Origin: Clostridia bacterium
Lineage (GTDB): Bacteria > Bacillota > Clostridia > Monoglobales > Firm-18
DNA: 64,000 nt
Reading direction: 5' to 3'
Assembly (NCBI GenBank): GCA_045660545.1
Contig: JAZREA010000019.1
Span: forward strand, 21,179-85,178
The translations under genes and the position numbers were made by a program. The notes under the pieces were generated by a model. That model was not told the origin of the DNA. It saw only the letters and a list, made by a program, of their open reading frames with translations, and searched no databases. Numbering within the stretch: position 1 is the first letter of the stretch; every line of letters begins with the position of its first letter. Of this stretch, positions 1 to 10,802 are shown piece after piece.

Positions 1-2
1 CC

Positions 3-470
3 ATACACAGCAAGTACACGATGTTTAAGATTGCGGACAGACTTGGAACATATGTGTATGAGTGCGATGTCGAGGAATGCAGTGATCTTTCGTCGCACTG
101 GTACGAAACTACACTTGTTACTGAGGAGAAGTCGCTGTCACATTCTGTCAGAGAAATACAGTTTACGGAAATTGCAAAAAAACAAAAGGCTAACGGAAGA
201 TTTGTTCTTAGCAATTCGAGGAGCAAGGATGCTGTGGCGCTTACTACGGCGGAGGTAGTATTAAACTTTTGTCAAAATTGCTCGGATGTATTTATGTACA
301 GGTGGCACCTTAGAAAATCTGTTTTGTTTCTTTTAGACTATATAGAGAATGCGGACATACCTGTTGTTCCAGAAAAGATAATTGACGCTCTTGTCTTATG
401 GAACGAGATTTTTGGCTCGTCTGACGAAGCGAGCCAGAAAATAGAGGTACTTGCATATTTATATAAATAG
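3..470 (+). CDS. Hypothetical protein, probably the C-terminal part of a gene truncated by the window edge
   Basis: Frame of ORF 21..470 is open back to base 3; no recognisable motif. Confidence 0.5.
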   Translation: MHSKYTMFKIADRLGTYVYECDVEECSDLSSHWYETTLVTEEKSLSHSVREIQFTEIAKKQKANGRFVLSNSRSKDAVALTTAEVVLNFCQNCSDVFMYRWHLRKSVLFLLDYIENADIPVVPEKIIDALVLWNEIFGSSDEASQKIEVLAYLYK

Positions 471-628
471 CATGTGCTTGTGATAAAATTAACAAAAAGT
501 ACTAAATTTATTTTTGTTTAATAGTATATTATGATTAAAAATTAAAAAAGTACTTGTAAAATTTTGAAAAATAGTATATGATATATACTAATGGTTTATA
601 ACTAATTATTATTTAGGAGGAAAATATA

Positions 629-1645
629 ATGTCAGTAAAAGTTGCTATTAATGGTTTTGGACGTATCGGTCGTTTGGCTTTCAGACAGATGTTCGGTGCA
701 GAAGGTTATGAAGTTGTTGCTATCAACGACTTGACAAGCCCTAAGATGCTTGCTCATTTGTTGAAGTACGACTCTTCACAAGGCAGATACGCTCTTGGTG
801 ATACTGTTACAGCTGGTGAGGATTCTATCACTGTTGACGGTAAGACAATTAAGATTTACGCTGAAAAGGACGCTAAGGACCTTCCTTGGGGCGAAATCGG
901 CGTAGACGTTGTTTTGGAGTGCACAGGTTTCTACACTTCAAAGGAAAAGGCTTCTGCTCACATCGCAGCAGGTGCTAAGAAAGTTGTTATCTCTGCTCCT
1001 GCAGGTAACGACCTTCCTACTATCGTTTACAACGTTAACCACGAAACATTAAAGCCAGAAGATACTGTTATCTCTGCTGCTTCATGTACTACAAACTGCT
1101 TGGCTCCTATGGCTAAGGCTCTTAATGACCTTGCTCCTATCGAGAGCGGTATCATGAGCACAATCCACGCTTACACAGGCGACCAGATGACTTTGGACGG
1201 CCCACAGCGTAAGGGTGACCTCAGAAGATCTCGTGCAGCTGCTGTGAACATTGTTCCTAACTCAACAGGTGCTGCTAAGGCTATCGGTCTTGTTATTCCT
1301 GAGCTTAACGGTAAGCTTATCGGTTCTGCTCAGCGTGTACCTACTCCAACAGGTTCTACAACTATCCTTGTTGCTGTTGTTAAGGGTAAGGTTACTGTTG
1401 ATGAAATCAACGCTGCTATGAAGGCTGCTGCTACAGAGTCTTACGGCTACACAGAGGAAGAGCTCGTTTCTTCAGACGTTATCGGTATGAGATATGGTTC
1501 TTTGTTTGATGCTACTCAGACAATGGTTTCTCCTATCGAAGGTACTGACTATACTCAGGTTCAGGTTGTTTCCTGGTATGACAACGAAAACTCATACACA
1601 AGCCAGATGGTTAGAACTATTAAATATTTCGCTGAACTTAACTAA
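629..1645 (+). CDS. gap: Type I glyceraldehyde-3-phosphate dehydrogenase
   Basis: [19 protein letters not shown] active site, WYDNE; AGGAGG RBS; highly biased codon usage. Confidence 0.98.
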   Translation: MSVKVAINGFGRIGRLAFRQMFGAEGYEVVAINDLTSPKMLAHLLKYDSSQGRYALGDTVTAGEDSITVDGKTIKIYAEKDAKDLPWGEIGVDVVLECTGFYTSKEKASAHIAAGAKKVVISAPAGNDLPTIVYNVNHETLKPEDTVISAASCTTNCLAPMAKALNDLAPIESGIMSTIHAYTGDQMTLDGPQRKGDLRRSRAAAVNIVPNSTGAAKAIGLVIPELNGKLIGSAQRVPTPTGSTTILVAVVKGKVTVDEINAAMKAAATESYGYTEEELVSSDVIGMRYGSLFDATQTMVSPIEGTDYTQVQVVSWYDNENSYTSQMVRTIKYFAELN

Positions 1646-1652
1646 TTTTAAT

Positions 1653-1689
1653 GAGACTGCATTTGTAAAAAATGCAGTCTCTTTCTTTG
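1653..1689 (+). terminator. Intrinsic terminator after gap
   Basis: GAGACTGCATTT...AAATGCAGTCTC stem followed by T-rich tract. Confidence 0.85.
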
Positions 1690-1698
1690 TAAATTTTA

Positions 1699-1727
1699 TT
1701 GACATAATCGCCTGATTGTGGTATACT
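1699..1727 (+). promoter_or_regulatory. Sigma-A promoter of pyr operon
   Basis: TTGACA-17bp-TATACT with extended TG. Confidence 0.85.
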
Positions 1728-1742
1728 TTTTAAAGATACGAT

Positions 1743-1849
1743 TTTTAAGTCGGTACTGTGATGCCGGCAAGATTGTAGAACACTTTGTATAGCTATGCTT
1801 TTATGCTGCTTTTGTTTGTACAGTCTTGCTTTTTGGCAAGACTTTTTTG
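1743..1849 (+). promoter_or_regulatory. PyrR-type attenuator (binding stem-loop, antiterminator, terminator)
   Basis: TTTAAGTCGGTACTGTGATGCCGGCAAG resembles the PyrR binding loop; GGCAAGA can pair with GTCTTGC of terminator AGTCTTGC-TTTTTG-GCAAGACT-TTTTT upstream of pyrC. Confidence 0.7.
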
Positions 1850-1869
1850 ATTATTATTGGAGGTAAATT

Positions 1870-3063
1870 ATGAGCTTGATTAACTGCTGTGAACTTCATA
1901 AGATTAAAGCTGCTGCATCGGAATTTTTGTCCGCAAGTGGCCTTTCCTTCGATTTTAACGATAATATAGTATTTTTGCCCGCTTTTTGTGATGTACATGT
2001 ACATTTCAGAGAACCGGGCTTTTCTTATAAAGAAACGTTTGCTACCGGTTCTGCCGCTGCGGCTCACGGAGGATACACTGCCGTCTGCACGATGCCGAAC
2101 TTAAAGCCTGTTCCTGACTCTGTCGAAGCAATCACGCTGCAAAAGAGTATGGCTGAGGAAAACTCGTTAGTCAGAGTGTTTCCTTACGGCTCTATAACAA
2201 AAGGCCAGACGGGCGAGGAGCTTGCAGACCTGGACGGAACAGCCAAGTACGCGATAGCTTTTTCTGACGACGGAAGAGGTGTGCAAAGCGATGAGATGAT
2301 GCAAAGAGCTATGCTGACCGCAAAAAAGCTTGGTAAAATGATTGTTGCACACTGTGAGGATAATTCGCTACTAAGAGGCGGCTACATTCACGACGGGAAA
2401 TATGCAAAGGAACACGGCCACGCGGGGATTTGCAGCGAAAGTGAGTACGGGCAGATTGAAAGAGACCTAAAACTTGTCGAAAAGACGGGGTGTGCGTACC
2501 ATGTATGCCACATTTCTGCAAAAGAAAGTGTAGAGTTGATTAGAAAGGCAAAGGCAAAAGGCCTTGACGTCAGCTGCGAGACGGCTCCGCATTATCTGAT
2601 TTTATGCGACGAAGATTTAAAAGAAAGCGGTAACTTTAAGATGAACCCGCCGATTCGTTCGAGCGAAGACCGCGACGCTTTAATCGAAGGAATAATCGAC
2701 GGCACGATAGATATGATTGCGACTGACCACGCGCCGCACAGCGCAGAGGAAAAGTCAAAAGGGTTAAAAGACAGCCTGATGGGTGTTGTGGGGATAGAAA
2801 CAGCGTTCCCGCTGCTGTACACAGGGCTGGTTAAAAAAGGGATTATTTCCCTGGAAAAGTTGATTGACTTAATTAGTACTAACCCTAAAAAGAGGTTTGG
2901 GATTGAAACTTATGACGATTTTACTATTTTTGATCTGAGTCAAAAGTATGTGATAGATGAGAATTTTATGCTCTCAAAAGGAAAATCAACTCCGTTTTTG
3001 GGCACGGAAGTGTATGGCAAATGTTTACTGACTGTTTGCGACAACAACATAGTTTATAAATAG
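1870..3063 (+). CDS. pyrC: Dihydroorotase
   Basis: DVHVHFREPG, MPN, KMNPP, ATDHAPH motifs; pyr operon context. Confidence 0.95.
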   Translation: MSLINCCELHKIKAAASEFLSASGLSFDFNDNIVFLPAFCDVHVHFREPGFSYKETFATGSAAAAHGGYTAVCTMPNLKPVPDSVEAITLQKSMAEENSLVRVFPYGSITKGQTGEELADLDGTAKYAIAFSDDGRGVQSDEMMQRAMLTAKKLGKMIVAHCEDNSLLRGGYIHDGKYAKEHGHAGICSESEYGQIERDLKLVEKTGCAYHVCHISAKESVELIRKAKAKGLDVSCETAPHYLILCDEDLKESGNFKMNPPIRSSEDRDALIEGIIDGTIDMIATDHAPHSAEEKSKGLKDSLMGVVGIETAFPLLYTGLVKKGIISLEKLIDLISTNPKKRFGIETYDDFTIFDLSQKYVIDENFMLSKGKSTPFLGTEVYGKCLLTVCDNNIVYK

Positions 3064-3081
3064 AGAAGGGGAATACACGTT

Positions 3082-6000
3082 ATGGCAAAGAGAAAAGATT
3101 TAAAAAAGATTATGATTATTGGCTCAGGCCCTATTGTTATCGGACAGGCTGCTGAGTTTGACTATGCGGGTACGCAGGCTTGTATTGCGCTGAAGGAAGA
3201 AGGATATGAGGTTATCCTTTGTAACTCTAACCCTGCGACCATTATGACCGATACAACTATGGCTGACAAGGTTTATATGGAGCCTCTTACTTTGGAATAT
3301 ATAGCTAAAATTTTGAGATACGAAAGACCAAACGCTATTATTCCCGGAATCGGTGGTCAGACAGGACTTAACCTTGCTATGCAGCTTGAGAAAAAAGGTG
3401 TATTAAAGGAGTGCCAGGTTGAGCTTTTAGGCACAAGCAGCGAGAGTATTGAGTGCGCAGAAGACAGAGAACTGTTCAAAAAACTTTGTCAATCTGTCGG
3501 TGAGCCGACTATTCCCTCGGAAATTACCTATTCTCTTGATGAGGCTAAGGCAGCTGCTGAAAAAATCGGCTACCCTGTTGTTTTACGCCCTGCTTTTACA
3601 CTTGGTGGTACAGGTGGCGGATTTGCCAACAACGAGGAAGAGCTTGTTGAAATCGGACTTAATGCGTTTAAGCTTTCTCCTGTGCATCAGGTTTTGATTG
3701 AAAAGAGCGTTAAGGGCTTTAAGGAAATTGAGTTTGAAATGATGAGAGACAGTACCGACAAGGTTGTTACAATCTGCGGTATGGAAAATATCGACCCGGT
3801 CGGAGTACATACCGGGGACTCTATGGTTGTTGCTCCGATACTCACTCTTAATGAGCACGACCACAAGATGCTAAACGACAGTGCTATAAAGCTTATCAGA
3901 GCGCTGAAAATCGAGGGTGGATGTAACGTACAGTTTGCTCTTAACCCTGATTCGAGTGAATATTATCTTATTGAGATTAATCCGCGTGTATCACGTTCTT
4001 CGGCTCTTGCGTCCAAGGCGAGCGGATATCCGATTGCAAAAGTAACTGCAAAAATCGCTGTTGGTATGACACTTGATGAAATCGAGATTGCCAACACCAC
4101 TGCTGCGACAGCTCCGAGACTTGATTACATCGTGGCGAAGTTGCCGAGATTCCCGTTTGACAAGTTTGTCAGCGCTTCGAATCAGCTGGGTACACAGATG
4201 AAGGCAACAGGCGAGATTATGGGTATTGGCTCTAACCTTTGTGAGACACTTTTAAAATCAGTACGTTGTCTTGAAACAGGGGCATATCACTTTACATTGC
4301 CTAAATTTGAGGCTATGCAGGAAGAAGAGCTCTTTGAATACATCAAAGAATTTAAGGATGACAACATTTTTGCAATTGCGCAGTTATTCAGACTTGGTGC
4401 TTCGGTTGAAAAAATGCATGAAGTTACTATGATTACCGAGCTGTTCTTAGAGGCAATTAAGAAAATTGTTGATTATGAAGAGGTATTGACAGAAAATGTC
4501 GGAAACTTAGATGTTCTTTTGGAAGCTAAGAAAATGGGATTTTCTGACAGATATATTGCTAAGTTCTGGGGTAAAACAGAGAAGGAAGTGTTCTACACAA
4601 GAAAAGAAAACAACATTATGCCTATTTACAGAATGGCGGACACTTTGCACACCGGAGCTTATATTCCGTATTTTTATTCCTCGTACACAGGAGAGAACAA
4701 GTCGCGACTTTCTGACAAAAAGAAGATTGTTGTGCTCGGCGCAGGGCCTATCAGAATCGGTCAGGGCGTAGAGTTTGACTATTCGACCGTTCACGCAGTG
4801 TCTACGATTAAGAAAGTCGGATACGAGGCTATTATCATAAACAACAACCCTGAGACTGTTTCGACAGACTACACGACTTCGGACAAGCTGTACTTCGAGC
4901 CTTTGACGGTTGAAGATGTTATGAACATAATTGAATTTGAAAAGCCTGAGGGTGTTATTGCTTCCCTCGGCGGACAGACTGCTATTAACCTTGCGCAGCC
5001 TCTTTATGACCTTGGCGTTAACATTATAGGTACAGACTGTCAGGCTATTGACCGTGCTGAAAACAGGGATTCGTTTGAAAAACTCCTCATTGCTCTTAAC
5101 ATTCCGCAGCCTAAGGGCAAGGCTGTAACAACAATTGAAGACGGTGTTAAGGCGGCTGAGGATATTGGCTATCCTGTTTTGGTCAGACCTTCGTTTGTGC
5201 TTGGCGGACGCGCTATGCAGATTGTTGCTAACGAGAACCAGCTAAGACATTACCTTAAAAATGCGGTTGAAATTGACGCGGACAAGCCGGTTTTGGTCGA
5301 CAAGTATATTATAGGTAAAGAGGTTGAGGTTGACGCGATTTGTGACGGAAAGGACGTTTTCTTGCCGGGAATTATGGAGCTTGTTGAAAGAACCGGTATT
5401 CACTCGGGCGACTCGATAAGCGTTTATCCGACATTTAGTATTTCTAATGAAGTTAAAGAGAAAATTTTGGAATACACACAAAAGCTTGGACTTGGAATAG
5501 GCATTATCGGTCTTTACAACATACAGTTTATCGTTGACAAGGACGACAACGTATTTATAATCGAGGTTAACCCACGTTCGTCAAGAACGGTTCCGTTCCT
5601 CTCTAAATCTACCGGATACAGCCTCGCGGATATTGCGACTGAGGTTATACTAGGTAAATCCTTAAAGGAACAGGGTATAACCGAGATGTATCCTGAGCAG
5701 AAGAAGCGTTGGTACGTTAAGGTACCCGTATTTTCGTTCAGTAAAATCAGAGGTCTTGACGCTTACCTTTCACCGGAAATGAAGTCTACGGGCGAAGCAA
5801 TCGGCTATGACGACAAGCTAAACCGTGCACTTTACAAGGCTTTGCAGGCGGCAGGAACAAGGCTTACGAACTACGGTACTGTTTTTGTAACTGTGGCTGA
5901 CTGCGACAAGGAAGAGGCGTTACCTCTTATTAAGCGCTTCTACAACCTTGGATTTAACATCGAAGCTACGAGCGGCACTGCTAAGTTCTTAAAAGACCAC

Positions 6001-6255
6001 GGAATAAGGACAAGAGTGCTTAAAAAGATTGGCGAGGGAAGCGACGAAATACAAAACTCGATTCGTCAGGGACATATTGCGTATGTAATTAACACAAGTG
6101 ATGTTTCCTCGGCAGGACACCTTACTGACGGATATATGATAAGAAGCTTGGCCACTGAAAACAACATCACTATGTTTACAGCGCTTGATACCGTTAGGGT
6201 ATTGCTTGACGTTTTGGAAGAGACTACGATTTGTGTTTCTACAATAGATGCATAA
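3082..6255 (+). CDS. carB: Carbamoyl-phosphate synthase large subunit
   Basis: GSGPIVIGQAAEFDYAG, duplicated ATP-grasp domains, C-terminal MGS domain. Confidence 0.98.
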   Translation: MAKRKDLKKIMIIGSGPIVIGQAAEFDYAGTQACIALKEEGYEVILCNSNPATIMTDTTMADKVYMEPLTLEYIAKILRYERPNAIIPGIGGQTGLNLAMQLEKKGVLKECQVELLGTSSESIECAEDRELFKKLCQSVGEPTIPSEITYSLDEAKAAAEKIGYPVVLRPAFTLGGTGGGFANNEEELVEIGLNAFKLSPVHQVLIEKSVKGFKEIEFEMMRDSTDKVVTICGMENIDPVGVHTGDSMVVAPILTLNEHDHKMLNDSAIKLIRALKIEGGCNVQFALNPDSSEYYLIEINPRVSRSSALASKASGYPIAKVTAKIAVGMTLDEIEIANTTAATAPRLDYIVAKLPRFPFDKFVSASNQLGTQMKATGEIMGIGSNLCETLLKSVRCLETGAYHFTLPKFEAMQEEELFEYIKEFKDDNIFAIAQLFRLGASVEKMHEVTMITELFLEAIKKIVDYEEVLTENVGNLDVLLEAKKMGFSDRYIAKFWGKTEKEVFYTRKENNIMPIYRMADTLHTGAYIPYFYSSYTGENKSRLSDKKKIVVLGAGPIRIGQGVEFDYSTVHAVSTIKKVGYEAIIINNNPETVSTDYTTSDKLYFEPLTVEDVMNIIEFEKPEGVIASLGGQTAINLAQPLYDLGVNIIGTDCQAIDRAENRDSFEKLLIALNIPQPKGKAVTTIEDGVKAAEDIGYPVLVRPSFVLGGRAMQIVANENQLRHYLKNAVEIDADKPVLVDKYIIGKEVEVDAICDGKDVFLPGIMELVERTGIHSGDSISVYPTFSISNEVKEKILEYTQKLGLGIGIIGLYNIQFIVDKDDNVFIIEVNPRSSRTVPFLSKSTGYSLADIATEVILGKSLKEQGITEMYPEQKKRWYVKVPVFSFSKIRGLDAYLSPEMKSTGEAIGYDDKLNRALYKALQAAGTRLTNYGTVFVTVADCDKEEALPLIKRFYNLGFNIEATSGTAKFLKDHGIRTRVLKKIGEGSDEIQNSIRQGHIAYVINTSDVSSAGHLTDGYMIRSLATENNITMFTALDTVRVLLDVLEETTICVSTIDA

Positions 6256-6264
6256 GGAGAGACT

Positions 6265-7002
6265 ATGAAAAAGTCGGTTTTTACTGTTAAGAGCAACGAA
6301 AAGATTGCAAACAACGTATATAAGATGGTTTTGGCGGGCGACACGTCTTCTATTACGGCGCCCGGTCAGTTTGTAAACATCAGCCTCGACGGGATGTACC
6401 TTAGAAGGCCGATTTCCGTATGTGATTACGAATGTGGACTACTGACAATTGTATACAAGGTGGTTGGAAAAGGTACTGAATATATGAGCGGACTAAATCA
6501 GGGGAAAGAGCTTGATTTATTAACAGGACTTGGAAACGGATATGATGTTTCAAGAAGTGGTGAAAGGCCTTTGCTGATAGGAGGCGGAGTAGGTGTGCCT
6601 CCTATGTATAACCTTTGCAAAAAGCTGATATCGCAAGGAAAAGAACCCACTGTTATAATCGGCTTTAATACAAAGGACGAAGTCTTTTATGAAAATGAAT
6701 TTAAGGAGCTTGGGGCAAAAGTATATGTAACAACTGCTGACGGCTCTTACGGAACAAAAGGCTTTGTTACCGACGTAATGAAAGATATGGAGTACACATA
6801 TTTTTATACCTGCGGACCTGAGCCGATGTTTCGTGCAATAGACAAGGTGGCAACCAAAAGCGGAGAGTACAGCTTTGAGGAAAGAATGGGCTGTGGCTTT
6901 GGCGCTTGTATGGGATGCTCCTGCAAGACTTTGACGGGCAATAAGAGAATTTGCAAAGAAGGACCCGTTATGAAGAGGGAGGAGATTTTGTGGGAAGATT
7001 AA
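6265..7002 (+). CDS. pyrK: Dihydroorotate dehydrogenase electron-transfer subunit
   Basis: LRRPISV, GGGVGVPP, MGCGFGACMGC 2Fe-2S motif. Confidence 0.95.
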   Translation: MKKSVFTVKSNEKIANNVYKMVLAGDTSSITAPGQFVNISLDGMYLRRPISVCDYECGLLTIVYKVVGKGTEYMSGLNQGKELDLLTGLGNGYDVSRSGERPLLIGGGVGVPPMYNLCKKLISQGKEPTVIIGFNTKDEVFYENEFKELGAKVYVTTADGSYGTKGFVTDVMKDMEYTYFYTCGPEPMFRAIDKVATKSGEYSFEERMGCGFGACMGCSCKTLTGNKRICKEGPVMKREEILWED

Positions 7003-7907
7003 GTGTGGATTTGTGCGGAATTGGCCTTGATAATCCAGTCATTCCCGCAAGCGGCACCTTTGGATACGGATATGAATTTGCTGAGCTTTATGACATAAAT
7101 ATACTTGGGACATTCTCTTTCAAGGGTACTACAAAGGAGCCAAGGTTTGGCAACCCTACCCCGAGAATTGCAGAATGTACAGCCGGAATGATTAATGCGG
7201 TCGGGCTGCAAAACCCGGGCGTAGACAAGGTAATTTCCGAGGAAATGCCAAAGCTTGAAAAGTGCTTTAACAAAAAGGTTATGGCTAATGTAAGCGGATT
7301 TTCCGTTGACGAATATGTATATACATGCAAAAAGATTGATGAACTTGAAAATGTTGGGTGGATTGAAGTTAACGTAAGCTGCCCTAATGTACACGGCGGC
7401 GGTATGAGCTTTGGCACCAGCCCTAAGGCTGCGGCAGAGGTTACAAAGGCGGTTAAGTCTGCTGTTAAAAAGCCCGTTATTATCAAGCTTTCGCCAAATG
7501 TTACTGACATTGTAGAGATTGCAAAAGCTTGTGAGGAAGCGGGCGCAGACGGTATCAGCCTTATAAACACGCTGCTTGGTATGAGGATAGACCTTAACAG
7601 GAAAAAGCCCGTTATTGCAAACAAGATGGGCGGATTTTCCGGAAGCGCGATATTCCCTGTTGCGCTAAGGATGGTTTATCAGGTTGCGTCTAATGTTAAA
7701 ATTCCTGTTGTAGGAATGGGCGGTGTTTCGTCAGCAGAGGATGTAATAGAGATGATGCTTGCGGGCGCTACGGCGGTTGAGGTTGGTGCGGCTAACCTTG
7801 TTAACCCGTATGTGTGCAAAGAAATTATCGAAGATTTACCGAAAGTTATGGATAAATATAAGATTAACAACTTAAAGGACATTATTGGAGGTGCGATTAA
7901 TGGGTAA
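6990..7907 (+). CDS. pyrD: Dihydroorotate dehydrogenase B catalytic subunit
   Basis: ASGTFG, NVSCPN, KLSPN, INTL; GTG start overlapping pyrK end. Confidence 0.95.
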   Translation: MGRLSVDLCGIGLDNPVIPASGTFGYGYEFAELYDINILGTFSFKGTTKEPRFGNPTPRIAECTAGMINAVGLQNPGVDKVISEEMPKLEKCFNKKVMANVSGFSVDEYVYTCKKIDELENVGWIEVNVSCPNVHGGGMSFGTSPKAAAEVTKAVKSAVKKPVIIKLSPNVTDIVEIAKACEEAGADGISLINTLLGMRIDLNRKKPVIANKMGGFSGSAIFPVALRMVYQVASNVKIPVVGMGGVSSAEDVIEMMLAGATAVEVGAANLVNPYVCKEIIEDLPKVMDKYKINNLKDIIGGAING

Positions 7908-8616
7908 GGACGTAATTGTTGCTTGTGACTTTGCAAGCAAGGAAATGACTATGGACTTTCTTGCAAAATTTAAGGATAAAAAGCCTTTTGTTAAAATTGG
8001 TATGGAGCTTTTTTACGCGGAGGGACCACAGATTGTAAAGGAGCTTAAAGAACGCGGACACAAGGTGTTTTTAGACCTTAAGCTTCACGATATTCCAAAC
8101 ACAGTTAAAAAGGCTATGGCTGTTTTGTCGCGTCTTGATGTTGATATGTGCAACGTCCATGCGGGAGGTACCTGCAAGATGATGGAGGCGGCGTTAGAAG
8201 GCCTTACAAGAGATGACAAAACCCGACCGATTATTATCGCGGTTACACAGCTTACTTCAACAGACCAGGAGAGCATGGAAAAAGATTTATTGATTGAAAA
8301 GCCTATTGCTGACGTGGTTATGCACTACGCAAAGAACGCTAAAAATGCAGGTCTTGACGGAGTTGTGTGCTCGCCATTGGAAGCTAATGGAGTACACGCA
8401 TCTTGCGGAGACGACTTTATAACAGTTACTCCCGGTGTAAGATTTGCGGACGGTGACATTGGCGACCAAAAGCGTGTTATGACGCCGGCAGAAGCTAAAA
8501 AGGTCGGCTCTGACTATATCGTTGTCGGAAGACCGATTACGGCGGCAGACGACCCGGTTGCGGCTTACAACAGATGTGTTGCAGAATTTGTTGACCGATA
8601 TATAAAGGAGGAATAA
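7900..8616 (+). CDS. pyrF: Orotidine-5'-phosphate decarboxylase
   Basis: FLDLKLHDIPNTV, TPGVR, VVGRPIT. Confidence 0.97.
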   Translation: MGKDVIVACDFASKEMTMDFLAKFKDKKPFVKIGMELFYAEGPQIVKELKERGHKVFLDLKLHDIPNTVKKAMAVLSRLDVDMCNVHAGGTCKMMEAALEGLTRDDKTRPIIIAVTQLTSTDQESMEKDLLIEKPIADVVMHYAKNAKNAGLDGVVCSPLEANGVHASCGDDFITVTPGVRFADGDIGDQKRVMTPAEAKKVGSDYIVVGRPITAADDPVAAYNRCVAEFVDRYIKEE

Positions 8617-8618
8617 CG

Positions 8619-9260
8619 ATGACCGAAATTCAAAATACAATTGCGAGAGATTTACTTAAAATTAAGGCGGTGTTTTTCAGACCTGACGAGCCGTTTACAT
8701 GGGCAAGTGGAATAAAGAGCCCTGTATACTGCGACAACAGGCTGACCCTTACTGCACCTGAGGTTAGGTGCGACGTAGAAGAAGGGCTTGCAAAGCTGAT
8801 AAAGGAAAACTACCCTGACGCGGAAGTGTTGATGGGTACTTCCACAGCAGGTATTGCTCACGCCGCTATAACTGCTCATATCATGGGACTGCCTATGGGA
8901 TACGTTCGTTCCGGAGCTAAGGACCACGGCAGACAAAACCAGATTGAGGGCAGGCTTGAGAGAGGACAGAAGGTTGTCGTTGTTGAGGACCTTATCTCTA
9001 CCGGCGGAAGCGTAATTGAAGTAGTAAACGTTTTACGTGAGGCAGGTGCGGAAGTTTTAGGTATCGTAAGTATCTTTACCTACGGAATGAAAAAGGGTAT
9101 TGAAAGGCTCGAACAAGCTGAGGTTAAAAACATCAGCCTTACAGACTTTGATTGCATCGCACAGGTTGCGGCAGAGGAAGGATACATTAAAAACGAGGAT
9201 ATTGCAAGACTTATTGCATTTAGAAACAACCCTTCTGACGAGAGCTGGATAGGTGAGTAA
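8619..9260 (+). CDS. pyrE: Orotate phosphoribosyltransferase
   Basis: [29 protein letters not shown] motif. Confidence 0.97.
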   Translation: MTEIQNTIARDLLKIKAVFFRPDEPFTWASGIKSPVYCDNRLTLTAPEVRCDVEEGLAKLIKENYPDAEVLMGTSTAGIAHAAITAHIMGLPMGYVRSGAKDHGRQNQIEGRLERGQKVVVVEDLISTGGSVIEVVNVLREAGAEVLGIVSIFTYGMKKGIERLEQAEVKNISLTDFDCIAQVAAEEGYIKNEDIARLIAFRNNPSDESWIGE

Positions 9261-9261
9261 A

Positions 9262-10179
9262 ATGAGAAACGTAATTAACATATTAGACTTGACAACTGGC
9301 GAGATTGACGAGCTTATTGCTGTTGCAAACGATATGAAGGCCCATCCTGAAAAGTACACCGAAGTTTGCAAAAACAAAATACTTGCGACACTTTTCTTTG
9401 AGCCTTCCACAAGAACGAGACTTAGCTTTGAGTCTGCTATGTTGTCCTTGGGCGGAAGTGTATTGGGCTTTTCGGAAGCGTCATCAAGCTCTGCAGCAAA
9501 AGGTGAGAGCGTAGCTGACACAATTTCGGTTGTTAGCGGATATGCAGATATAATAGCTATGCGTCATCCAAAAGAGGGTGCGCCGATTGTTGCGTCGAAG
9601 CACACGCTCGTGCCTATTATCAACGCGGGAGACGGCGGACACTATCATCCGACACAGACTCTTACGGACCTTATGACAATTTATCACGAAAAAGGAAGGT
9701 TTGACAACCTTACAATTGGACTTTGTGGTGATTTGAAATTCGGAAGAACTGTACATTCCCTGATTGGCGCTATGTCCAGATACAAGGGGGTTAAGTTTGT
9801 CTTGATTTCTCCTGACGAGCTTAAACTACCGAGCTTTGTTAAAAACGAGTACATCAAAAACAAGGGCATTGAATACGTACAGAGCAAGTCGCTTGAGGAT
9901 GTGATTGGTGACCTTGACATACTTTATATGACACGCGTACAGCAGGAAAGGTTCTTTAACGAAGAAGAGTATCTAAGGCTTAAAGACAGCTATATTCTTA
10001 CGGAAGAAAAGATGAAGCTTGCTTCAAAAGATATGTCTGTTTTACATCCGTTGCCGAGGGTTAACGAGATTTCTACCGCTATTGACAGCGACCCTCGTGC
10101 ATGTTACTTTAAGCAGGCTCATAACGGCAGATTTATAAGAATGGCTCTTATCAAAAAGCTTTTGGAGGAAAACGCATGA
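9262..10179 (+). CDS. pyrB: Aspartate carbamoyltransferase catalytic subunit
   Basis: [22 protein letters not shown]. Confidence 0.97.
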   Translation: MRNVINILDLTTGEIDELIAVANDMKAHPEKYTEVCKNKILATLFFEPSTRTRLSFESAMLSLGGSVLGFSEASSSSAAKGESVADTISVVSGYADIIAMRHPKEGAPIVASKHTLVPIINAGDGGHYHPTQTLTDLMTIYHEKGRFDNLTIGLCGDLKFGRTVHSLIGAMSRYKGVKFVLISPDELKLPSFVKNEYIKNKGIEYVQSKSLEDVIGDLDILYMTRVQQERFFNEEEYLRLKDSYILTEEKMKLASKDMSVLHPLPRVNEISTAIDSDPRACYFKQAHNGRFIRMALIKKLLEENA

Positions 10180-10592
10180 ATATAGACAGCATAAAAAACG
10201 GCTTTGTAATTGACCATATTGCAGCCGGTAAAGGTATGGGACTTTACAAGCTGTTAGGGCTTGAAAAGCTCGACTGCACGGTTGCTATTATTAAAAACGT
10301 TCAGAGCAAGAAACTTGGACGCAAGGATATTATTAAAGTTGACGCGGATATTGATTTGAATCTGGACGTTATTGGGTACGTTGACCCTAATGTTACTGTA
10401 AACATAATTAAAGACGGCAAGCTGGTCGAAAAAACATCTATTTCGATGCCTGAGTTTTTGACGGATGTTTTAAAGTGCAAAAATCCTCGTTGCATTACGT
10501 CTACTGAACAGGAATTGCAACATGTATTTAAGCTTACTGACGAGAAGGAAAAGGTTTATCGTTGCATTTATTGTGAATCAAAGCATAGCTGA
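10176..10592 (+). CDS. pyrI: Aspartate carbamoyltransferase regulatory subunit
   Basis: [13 protein letters not shown] and YRCIYCE zinc motifs. Confidence 0.95.
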   Translation: MNIDSIKNGFVIDHIAAGKGMGLYKLLGLEKLDCTVAIIKNVQSKKLGRKDIIKVDADIDLNLDVIGYVDPNVTVNIIKDGKLVEKTSISMPEFLTDVLKCKNPRCITSTEQELQHVFKLTDEKEKVYRCIYCESKHS

Positions 10593-10621
10593 AAATTTAA
10601 TAAATATGATTGTTAAGTGGC

Positions 10622-10650
10622 TTGACAAAATTCGCGCTTTTTGTTAAAAT
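10622..10650 (+). promoter_or_regulatory. Sigma-A promoter of pur operon
   Basis: TTGACA-17bp-TAAAAT with extended TG. Confidence 0.85.
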
Positions 10651-10667
10651 GTATCTATAATTTAACA

Positions 10668-10790
10668 GCTTTCCGCGACTGACGGAATATTGCGGATAAC
10701 CGCAAGGGAACGGGAAGTATAAGCTTTGATTTTTGCCGACCGTCTGGGCGCACTTAACATTCTTGTTGGGTGTGCCTTGTTCATTTTTTG
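10668..10790 (+). ncRNA. ZMP/ZTP (pfl) riboswitch with terminator expression platform
   Basis: CGCGACTGACGGA...GCGGATAACCGC...GGGA and distal GCCGACCGTCTGGGC; GACGG/CCGTC pseudoknot; overlapping hairpin GGGCGCACTTAACA...TGTTGGGTGTGCCT plus T tract; upstream of purE. Confidence 0.9.
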
Positions 10791-10802
10791 GAGGTGTTTT
10801 AT

